Below, piece after piece: positions 35,704 through 45,106 of a DNA stretch of 64,000 bases. Position 1 is the first letter of the stretch; every line of letters begins with the position of its first letter. Both the position numbers and the translations under genes were made by a program. The stretch is taken from positions 620,001 through 684,000 of the forward strand of contig JAMWBK010000007.1 of assembly GCA_029953675.1 (NCBI GenBank), written 5' to 3'. This stretch comes from Rhodosorus marinus CCMP1338. Taxonomy: Eukaryota > Plantae > Rhodophyta. The notes under the pieces were generated by a model, which was not told the DNA's origin, did not search any database, and saw only the letters and a program-made list of their open reading frames with translations.

Positions 35704-36850
35704 CTCGGATGCGTAGCAATGATGTCTGGCCGTAGCCCGTAGTTTTCAAAGAACTTCTCTGGCTCCTGCTCGATGTCCAGAAAGTTCCACCTGTTCAGCC
35801 ACCTTGCGATCTCGATGTGCATATCTCGTCATGCCTACGTTACCACAGACCAGTCGACGTGGGGCAATGATGAAAGCATTGTACTCCATTGGCTCCGTGT
35901 TTACCACGGCATCGAGTACATTTTTCCGTAGTCCGCAGCCCTGGAATCGGTAGCCCCTGTAGTTGTCGGATATTCACCTGCATTTCCGTCGAGCTCAGCT
36001 TTTTCGGCTCCAACGTCGGCAGTTCTCGCAACCAGATTCCCGATCCAGAGCTCGAGGCGGACCTGATTCGAGCACGATGTTCGCCGAAGATGCGCGGACT
36101 GTTAACCAGGTGTTGGAATGCTGAATGGTGTGCCCTCCGAGAGAGAGTTTGTTGTGTAGAACCATTATTCCAATCGCCACCGTCTTCTGGGGCGTCTCCT
36201 GGGGGGTTTTCCCTCGTCTGCTGCAGGGTGGCAAGTCTCCTGATCCGGAGCGGAGTTTCGGGGCGCAGCCTGCGTTGTATCGCTCGAGCAGATGATCGCA
36301 TCCGGTCTGCGAGTTGTTCTTTGGACCGTTGTAGTCGCGTCGCGGTGTTAGTAGCTGGAGTTCTGTCTGTATAAACCTGCCTCTGCTTGTCAGTGATGTA
36401 AGGCCAGTCGCCTGGATTGCTTCGAAAGGTATTTGTCCAAGCCGAGTAGTAAGCGATAGGCTGTAGACGCCGTCGAGCAGCGAACCCCAATCCCCCCCCC
36501 GGCAAGGCAGCGCAATCTGTTCCCAGATGTGTCCCAGGCACTCCTCGTCCTCCACGCAGAGGTAGCAAGGCCTGAGCGTACGTTGGCCGTTTGCTGCTGG
36601 TCCCGATGACAGGGAAGGCCGTGGCATAGTCCTGTGAGAACCTCCCCGGACAGACTGTAGTGCTGCTAGTTATTTCACAATGCTTTCACAGTACTTTCAT
36701 TCCCTATTTTTAGATTGACGTTTAGCCTCCAACAATTACTTTTAAGTTACAGCAGGTTATAATTTACAGTAACCACAAGACTATATAAGACCTAGCTTTG
36801 CTAGATCTTGAGACCTAGAATTGAGTAAAGACAAGTTGGTTCGAAGAGTT
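35704..36850 (-). mobile_element. CRE family D 5' part: 5' UTR, ORF1 start, internally deleted body ending inside the RLE domain
   Basis: ATG at 36627 opens MPRPSLSSGPAANGQRTLRPCYLC..CLGH (homologous to 51810-51870). Then RARIRSASSSGSGIWLRELP..CTRC..FHHC and YGLRPDIIATHP, paralogous to family C. Confidence 0.7.
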
Positions 36851-38699
36851 CTAACAGAACTTAGACACACCCGGTGCCCAACCCCCAAGGACACCTCGTT
36901 GCCAGGGAGCTCCGCTCCCGAGGAAGCAGGGCGCGGGGAAACCCCTACCATCACAAGAGAATTTAGTAACGATACTTTAACCACCAATTCCCCCGCCGAA
37001 AACACGCACCACCCAACTCCACAGGAGAAAAAAAAACGTCACGACCCAACAACCAGAAGGGGTGAATAACCCGACTACCAGCCACAAAACCCGAAAAAAC
37101 GGGGGGAAAGGCAGCAGAGAGAAGCGCCTCCCACCGAAGAACCCACTTGCCACGCAAAACCAGCGAGAACTAGCACCGGACACCCTCACGAATACTGGCT
37201 TTACTCGTATACTTGGCCCTGTACTCTTCCAGTTGGGCGTTGATGCCTTTCAAGTCACCCGTAGTCCCCGCTCTCGACTAGAGCTTGTGCACGCCATCAA
37301 AAAATCGAACAATCGCATTGTCGCAGACCCCAACCTCCCCGTAGAACACAGTGTCCTTGGTCAACTTCCGGAGGACCTCTTGTACGGCATCAGTGTCGGG
37401 AGAGATGGGCGTTGGCTCCATCTCTGTATCTACATCTTCGCCTTGGTGAACAGCAGGGGTGGAAGCTCAGCGCTTTTCCTCGATTGGCCCTCCTGGCGGT
37501 GAGCAGCTTGGGAGAGGGGCGTATCTCCCCTAGGTGAAAAAGCCGTCTTCAAGTTTGCCTCCCCAGTCGCAGGGGGATCATCAGTAGATATTATGTTTTA
37601 CCTCGGACAAATCACAGCTCATCAGCTTACGCTCCCCAATTGCTTTCTTAAATAATCCCCCCAGGGCTACCTCAGACTATCAGCATTAAGAACTAACCTT
37701 TGTGCATATATTTTCTATTGGAAAAAGAAAACTTTCCTTACAGCGCCACATTCATTCAACATTTGCTCCAAAATTTTCAAGCGTCTAGCTTTACCTGTTT
37801 GATGGATATAGTTTTGGTCTGGGACAATCATAAAAGGGACGTGCGCTTCATATTTTGAGAAAAATAGAGGTCCCGAAAATTGGAAATTAGCTAAATCGAG
37901 TCTGGACGAATGCGTCAAAAATTGTTAACAAGTCTAGGATGAAAGCACACGTGTTTTCCGACATTCTCACAAAAACCCCTCTTTTAGTGACTACCACGTC
38001 ATTGTTGAGTATCCCTGAGCCCAACATATATACTTCAAATAGAAGTTATTATTTACTTCGATCCGAGATCTTCTTAGGACTCCTGAAAACGTTCATGCCG
38101 CAACACCCGCAAGAAACACTGGCAAGAAAAACCTGCAATGACCCAGGCCTCAGCCATATTGTATCCGTTTGGTCCCACAAACTACAATCCTGTATTGTAT
38201 CTATAATCTACCTGTATTGTGGCAAATGGATAATCTGGTTTTAGAGCCCCTCTGTCAAGGTATACTCACTCCCTCTACCGTGTTGATTGGATTCATCCTA
38301 TGAAATCACAGTTGGATTTGCCCATTTCAGACAAACTCTTGTTGATAACTGAGTATACGTGAACATTCGGGGGAGCATTCGATATCACATCCTTTATCGC
38401 ACATCTGCTAACAGAATTAACTCCAGCAGCGATTCCTTCTATGAGTTCCTCGACGTTGGGATAGCCCTTTCGGGCCGGCACGAAGTGCAGACTGAAACCA
38501 GTTTTGGTTTTGCTAGTGGAACAGTTCCATTTCACGACCTGTGTAGGGCTTCGGGCTATGTAGTAAATCCATTCATCCAGTGAAAAATCACTTCATTTGC
38601 TGGTTTTACAAACATGGCCTTAACGCTATGCTCCGCGTAGTACAACTGATACCGTTTACTACCACTACCGAATAGAGAGCTAGGATTGCCAAGAAAAGC

Positions 38700-38940
38700 A
38701 AGGAACGAGGAACGAAAGCGTGTAAGCCAAGGCGGCGGTAGCGAGCCTGGGCTAGCATGCTGCTAGATATCGCCATAACGCGACTCTGAACCGGCGTAGG
38801 AGGACCAGATACTCCGCGGGACGCTCAGTGAAACATTCGTACTCCAAGCTTCACTTTCCAAGGTGACCAAAGCTTTCCACAACCAAAGTCTGAAACTTTT
38901 GCCCCCAGCCCGCAGCGCACGGTAGAATGGCCATGCTCTC
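38700..38940 (-). mobile_element. Degenerate CRE family B 3' fragment
   Basis: Reverse complement gives ..FGHLGK..LLRRFRVALWRYLAAC..RYRRLGLHA-like sequence and the B-type 3' UTR. Confidence 0.7.
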
Positions 38941-40025
38941 AGCGTATCGGTGTTCCTTCCTTCGGTGAAGAGTGGGCGACTTGTTTATTGGCAATCAAAT
39001 ATTGGTAATCACATACTGTTTCACATATTGTTTCACACATTGCGCGACAAGGCTCCCTAAAAAAAGTAGGAGATGACCACGGAACCCCCTTACGCCGGTA
39101 GGAGGAAAGCGGACTAAATACGGGACGTGCGTTCGTTGGTTTAGGAGAATAAAAAAACCATGTTGCCTGAACCTCCGCGCGATGATTGGCTATTGAATGA
39201 ATTGTTGATTGGCTGTTCAGGGCGTTTGGGACTTTTTCGAGTGTTTGCTCGTAGTTGTTGTGAGCTCCACATCATGAGGATGGCGAGGTTGACCTTACGG
39301 AATCCAAGCTCGCAGCATTTATGGTTTGTTTTATACCCAATCATGGACCATTTCCATGATTGGGTATAAAACAAACCGGCTCAGCAGCAATTGGAAAGGT
39401 TAGCCCACGTTGTATTGTATGTTGTTTGCTTCGACAGAGAACCAAAAATTTTAAACGGCACGAAGTCGAGGTCCAATGCATTCGTCAACAAAGACTTGCG
39501 GTAAGTAGAGACATAGCACTTGCGCCCTCAAAGTTCTAAAAGTTCTGTTTCTTGGCTGAGATAGTCTTTTCATTAACAATAAAATCGCCAAGACGATACT
39601 CTTCCCCTGGAAGTGTCCCTGGTCTACGAATAAACAATGCGAACACGACCGTTGACACACTACGCACTGCTTGACACTAGCAAATGACTGAGTTCCACTA
39701 TCTATTACCCATGTACTTGTAGGCCACCCCCTTAGTCCACAAACTTTCAGTCCTTAGTATGGGCTAAGGTTCAGTCGACCCTTCTGTTCTGTTGAATATG
39801 TTCACGGCGCGAAGGCGTGGTCCAATCCCGAAAATCTCCGTGCTTCCTCGCGCTCGGGCGTTTTGATAATCCTCCTTAACGCCGCAATATTGGAGTTCGC
39901 AAAGACTTAAACGAATCCACCGTCGGGCTCCCATCAACGAGTCCATGCCAGCCAGTAAGGATTCGACGGATTTTGTTTGAGCGCATTTTGCTCCATTGAG
40001 CTTGACGACTAGTGTGGTGTCTGGA

Positions 40026-40032
40026 TATAAAA
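40026..40032 (+). promoter_or_regulatory. Candidate TATA box of the RTX gene
   Basis: GATATAAAAG about 155 nt upstream of the ATG at 40186. Confidence 0.45.
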
Positions 40033-40185
40033 GCTGCTCGGTAACGTAGATTGAGTCTAACTATCACTGGTACGAGACACTGGTACGAGACCCTTAAAAA
40101 GATATATCGCAACTGTGGCCGCGAAAACCTGGGGAAAGACTCGAGTTGATCAGCTGAGAACGACGACGCTCGACTTGAAGGAGAA

Positions 40186-42264
40186 ATGGCTAGCCGCAAG
40201 ACTGGGTACACGTGTTTGACTCTGATGCTCGCCGTATGTGCTTCAGCGGTGAGCGTTAGCTTGGATGATGGTCGCACAATGACTGTACCGGCGTCAACGA
40301 CGTGTCAGGCTGAGCTTTTACCAAGCCAGTTCATCAACTCGTTCGAGGAGACATGCTTTGACCTCGTCAAAGACGGAAACCGAGAAACAATGGGCAGGAT
40401 GTGCTCAAAGACGATGATCAAGGGCGAGGGAAAGTGTGCAAACATCAGGTTCTTCGCTGCTTCGGGATACCTCTCGGAAGTCAGTGTCGGGATCTACCAG
40501 AACTGCACCATCGTACCGCAGACTTCTGCCAAGTTCACTCACACCAGGAAGATCTCTAGAGGTGATATCACCTCAAAAGCCATTACTGTGTGTACGGATG
40601 AGATGTCTTCCCTCAGTAACTGCTGTGACTCTCACTTGTGTGTCGCTGGCCGTGCGGAGCTGAAGATAGACGGTCAAACGATCGAGGTCGAACCGTCGAG
40701 CCACTGCGCGACGGAAATCGAGGGTGCTGCTGTTTCACGCGCCTGTCCGATGATGATGAACTGCATTAACTTGATCCGAGGTACGGCGGGGGATGATGTT
40801 CTGTACGGAACAGAGTTTGTCGATCACATCTTCGGCGGCGATGGAAACGACAGTATTATGAGCTATGAAGGGAATGACTACGTCAACGGAGGCCGAGGGG
40901 ATGATCGGATCGACGGAGGTGAGGGCGACGACTCAATAAACGGCAAGAATGGCAACGACATCCTTCTTGGTCGTGATGGAGATGACGACATTTCCGGTGG
41001 AAACGGTGATGACAAAGCTTACGGATTTGATGGAGATGATCGAGTCAGGGGAGATGCTGGGTCGGACGTGCTGTTTGGGCAGAACGGGGAGGACCATCTC
41101 TCAGGTGGAGAGGGTGACGACAATGTTCAAGGAGGCAACGACAACGATGAAGTCAGGGGTGGCGCTGGAAAGGATAATGTTATTGGTGGGTTTGGAGACG
41201 ACAGCAGCTATGGCGGCTCCGGTGATGATACGTTGATCGACCGGTATGGCAGCAACTACATGACGTCCGGATCTGGCGATGATCTTGTGATTACGGGAGA
41301 TTACAATGACTACATCAAGGCCGGTGTGGGAAATGACGAGGTCCGGAGCGGAGATGGATTTGACGCGATTGATGCTGGGCGGGGTAACGATTTGGTTGAC
41401 CAAGGGCCCGTGACACCCACTACTAGTTGTGCAGCTTCCGTCCTTGAGACTCAGTCCATCACATCCTTTCAGAAGAAGTGCATTGAGCTGCGGGACAAGG
41501 GTGACTCGCTGCTCTCAAAGATGTGCACGAGAACAATCATCAGAAACGGAATGGCGTGTGCGAAAATCAGGTTCTCAGCCCTTGACGGGTCTATGTTAAA
41601 GTTCATCAGGTTCGGAGTTTATCAAGACTGTAGCATGGTACCCGATGACAGTTCCAAGTACACGCACAGGGCAGCGCTCACTTCCGGCACAACGTCGGAC
41701 TCTTTGGTCTTGTGTCCAGACCAGATAGGGTCCATCGGAAACTGCTGCGACGCCGATCTCTGCGTTGTGGGTGATGCCGTTGTTAAACACGCCGGCGTAG
41801 TGAAGAGAGCTAAGCCTGGCTCAGGGTGTTTCGTCGCGGGGAAGGGATTCGGGAATGGGAAAGTCTGTTCTCTGAGACTCGACTGTGTGAACATTATTAT
41901 GGGAACCGAGGAGGATGATCGGATTATTGGGACCAAGTATTCGGACAAGATCTATGCAGGCGACGGCGATGACTCTGTCAGAGGTCTTCAAGGTGACGAT
42001 ATAATCTATCTCGGAAAAGGAAATGATGATGCCGATGGAGGAAGTGGTAATGATACAATTCTGGGCGGGCATGGCCGTGACAGAATCTACGGAGACGACG
42101 GCGACGATATTTTACTAGGTGAAGAAGGATCCGACTACCTGTACGGAGATGATGGTAACGACATTCTGGTCGGGGGTCCAGGGGAAGACCGGCTCGACGG
42201 TGGACGAGGTGATGATGTGATTCAGGGTGGTCACGGAATGACACCATTTCCAATTTTTGAATAA
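40186..42264 (+). CDS. Secreted protein with two [Cys-rich domain + RTX/hemolysin-type Ca-binding GGxGxD repeat] modules
   Basis: 692 aa; signal peptide; many GGxGDD/GxxGND nonapeptides in two blocks, each preceded by a homologous ~150-aa Cys domain (C..MC..CA.IRF..G.YQ.C..VP..S.K.TH..C....NCCD..LCV.G.A). Confidence 0.9.
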   Translation: MASRKTGYTCLTLMLAVCASAVSVSLDDGRTMTVPASTTCQAELLPSQFINSFEETCFDLVKDGNRETMGRMCSKTMIKGEGKCANIRFFAASGYLSEVSVGIYQNCTIVPQTSAKFTHTRKISRGDITSKAITVCTDEMSSLSNCCDSHLCVAGRAELKIDGQTIEVEPSSHCATEIEGAAVSRACPMMMNCINLIRGTAGDDVLYGTEFVDHIFGGDGNDSIMSYEGNDYVNGGRGDDRIDGGEGDDSINGKNGNDILLGRDGDDDISGGNGDDKAYGFDGDDRVRGDAGSDVLFGQNGEDHLSGGEGDDNVQGGNDNDEVRGGAGKDNVIGGFGDDSSYGGSGDDTLIDRYGSNYMTSGSGDDLVITGDYNDYIKAGVGNDEVRSGDGFDAIDAGRGNDLVDQGPVTPTTSCAASVLETQSITSFQKKCIELRDKGDSLLSKMCTRTIIRNGMACAKIRFSALDGSMLKFIRFGVYQDCSMVPDDSSKYTHRAALTSGTTSDSLVLCPDQIGSIGNCCDADLCVVGDAVVKHAGVVKRAKPGSGCFVAGKGFGNGKVCSLRLDCVNIIMGTEEDDRIIGTKYSDKIYAGDGDDSVRGLQGDDIIYLGKGNDDADGGSGNDTILGGHGRDRIYGDDGDDILLGEEGSDYLYGDDGNDILVGGPGEDRLDGGRGDDVIQGGHGMTPFPIFE

Positions 42265-42309
42265 GCAGTAGCGACCACGTACAAGCATATGAAATAAATA
42301 ATAGTATCT

Positions 42310-43260
42310 GGTCCGGTGAATAGTGAAACGGACGAGCCATACCAAGCGCTCGTAGGGTCTCTGCTGTATTTGAGTACCAGGAGCAGACCAGACATCGGAT
42401 ACGCGGTAGGTCAATGTGCTAGGCACATTATGATTGCAAGTCAATTCACTACGATTGGGCGAAGGGAGTGCTCAGGTATCTTGCAAGGACGAGGTATGTA
42501 GGTTTGAAATTGGGAGGAATAACTCGCGATGGGAATACCAGATCACGGGATACTCTGACTCCGATTGGGCCGCGGACACGGACACGGACAGGAAGAGTAC
42601 GACAGGTCTTGTTACAAAACTGAACGATGCGACGATTGTGTCGAGGTCGAAGAAGTAGCGTTCGGTTCCCCAATCCACCACCGATGCAGAGTACCAGGCT
42701 CTTAGAGACATGATGGTGCTTCAACGTTGGTTGGAAGAGTTCACGGAAGAGCTAGGGCGCACGGTGAGGAAACCTGTACAAGCATACTCGGGCAACAGCT
42801 CCTGCGTTAGGTGGGCAACAGGAGACGACAACAAAATGTCTCGGCACATTAGTGTGAAGTATCACTGCGAGAGGGATCGGTGTATAACGCGGGACGTGGA
42901 CTTGCGATACATATCGACTGAGGAAATGCTAGAATTCATTTTACGAAGACCTTGGGTACAATTCAAGAATTGCGTGCACATCTTGGGCTTAGTGATGAAT
43001 AGGTAGTGTGGGGGGTGGCTCCCGAGGGGGAGTGTTGGCCGTTTGGCTGTTTTGCGGGATCAACCCCCCTTCTCTATATAGCGTAGTAGGCAGAGTTTTA
43101 CATCATGCTTAAGGGATAGACGATAAGGAAAGGCCGAACGACGCCGGCGTACAAGGCCGGGTCGGAGAACGGTATAATTGGGCTTACTATGGTGGTTGGA
43201 TAGGTGTGGAGTAATGAAAGGAGTAACTCTGCCCGCACAAGAGATCCATCTGTTGACAGT
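42310..43260 (+). mobile_element. Ty1/Copia 3' remnant (RT end, RNase H, PPT, start of 3' LTR)
   Basis: PYQALVGSLLYLSTRSRPDI.YAVG, GYSDSDWAAD..DRKSTTG, STTDAEY.AL, SRHISVKYH; polypurine tract GAGGGGGAG (43024-43032) followed by TGTTGG. The LTR end is uncertain. Confidence 0.85.
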
Positions 43261-43329
43261 TTTCGCAATTACCGGTAATACCAGTTTTAAATTCCAATTA
43301 CCTAGCGATGGGGCACATCCCTAGGCATA

Positions 43330-43460
43330 TAATCTGGACTTTACTGGACTTTACTAGCATAGCCTGAAGCGCTACGCAAGGCGTGAAGATGAACTAATAA
43401 CTAGGGAGGGAAGTATGCAACCCCAGGGCCGATGGCGCGCCTCGGAAAGCATGTCGCTGG
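43330..43460 (-). mobile_element. CRE family B 3' end with 10-mer tail
   Basis: Reverse complement ...GCGTAGCGCTTCAGGCTATGCTAGTAAAGTCCAGTAAAGTCCAG. Confidence 0.8.
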
Positions 43461-43857
43461 AATTTACTAGCATATAATCTACTACCACTCTGTAATCAGA
43501 AGGGTTGTTAGGTTAAGATGAAACGGTGTATGCGCCTCCCAGGGACTCTGTCTGGAGAAGGTGTAGTTCCACCAGATTGTATCCTAATAAAGACAGCTAT
43601 TCTGCACCGCAATCGGGGGGTACGACCGAATAAATACCACCGTTTTTCTACTATGCGAGGATCTAAGAAAAAAGTGGACTTTTTGCTTGCGGATTGAGCT
43701 GGTCGTAAGGAATGAGTTTGAGCGGACTTTTGCTGCCGTTTGTGTTGGAAGTGGAAGTTCTCGCGGAGCTATGGGTTCGCATATTCCGCGGTTTTTTTTG
43801 CTCAAGGAAGCCACTAATCCCACAGAGCGATATACCCTACGCTACTGTTAAGAGGGG

Positions 43858-44624
43858 CAGCCGCTTCGGCTCTTCGACGAGTGAAGGAACGACGGTATGC
43901 TGAGATCAGCGAGTCTGCCCTACGCCGAGGGTCGCTCCCACCGGTTCCAGCCTTTCATTGTGGAAAGCTTTGGTCATGTGGATAAGTCCGGTTTAGAATG
44001 GTTGCGGAAATGTTTCGCTGAGCACCCTACTGAGTACATGGCGCTTTTACGGCGTTTGAGTGCCGCTCTGTGGCGATATTCCAGCAGCATGCTTGCCGAG
44101 GCGCGCCATCGGCGCCTGGGTTTGCACGCTTCCCTCCCTAATTTTTAGTTCCTTTTCACGCCTTGCGTAGCGCTTCAGGCTATGCTACTAAAGCCCTCAT
44201 CGTGGAAAGCTTTGGTCATGTGGGTAAGTCGGGTTTAGAGTGGTTGCAGAAATGTTTCGCTGAGCATCCTACTGAGTACTTTGCGCTTTTGCGGCGTTTG
44301 AGTGCGGCCCTGTGGCGATATTCTAGCAGCATGCTTACCGAGGCGCGCCATCGGCGCCTGGGTTTGCACACTTCCCTCCCTAGTTCTTAGTTCCTTTTCA
44401 CACATTGCATAGCGCTTCAGGCTATGCTAGTAAAGCTTAGTAAAGTCCAGTAAAGCTAGTAAAGCCCAGTAAAGTCTCTGTGGCGATATTCGAGCAGCAT
44501 GCTTGCCGAGGCGCGCCATCGGCGCCTGGGTTTGCACGCTTCCCTACCTAGTTCTTAGTTCCTTTTCACGGTTGCGTAGCGCTGTAGGCTATGCTAATAA
44601 AGCCAGTAAAGCCCAGTAAAGCCC
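43858..44624 (+). mobile_element. Head-to-tail array of three progressively shorter CRE family B 3' ends
   Basis: Copies ~43858-44196, 44197-44476 and 44477-44624, each ending in GGCTATGCTA + (AGTAAAGCCC)-like units and joined directly to the next copy. Confidence 0.9.
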
Positions 44625-44918
44625 GATGCTCTACTGGGCTTTACTCGAATGGTTTAATGCTTAAGCCAATTCATTCAGTGCTCAAAACAAATTCATTCAA
44701 TGCTAGATATAAATAGTACTCTACAGTTGGAACATCCAGAGTATGGTCCAACTCTGGATCCCCTGTTTCTATATTAAGTGTACGATCGCTCATATACTTA
44801 AACCGCAAATATATGCGTGATTGGCCAACTAGCACCCAGATCTACCATTCAGTTTTTGTATTTTTTTTAATATTTTTATACTTGCTTTGTTGTTTGGGTA
44901 CCTCTCAAGGTTAGTGCA

Positions 44919-45106
44919 GCCCATTTGATGATTAACCTCAGACGTCTTCGTAAACCGCGTTGTAGGCACGATGGAGAGAGTGCCGCCCATGTGATGATTA
45001 CCCTCAGACGTCTTCGTAAACCGTGTTGTAGGTACGATGGAGAGAGTGCCGCCCATTTGATGATAACCCTCAGACGTCTTCGTAAACCGCGTTGTAGGTA
45101 CGAGAG
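44919..45106. repeat. 66-bp tandem triplication covering the stop codon of the GSDH gene
   Basis: GCCCAT(T/G)TGATGA..CCTCAGACGTCTTCGTAAACCG.GTTGTAGG.ACGA starts at 44919, 44985 and 45051. Confidence 0.95.
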
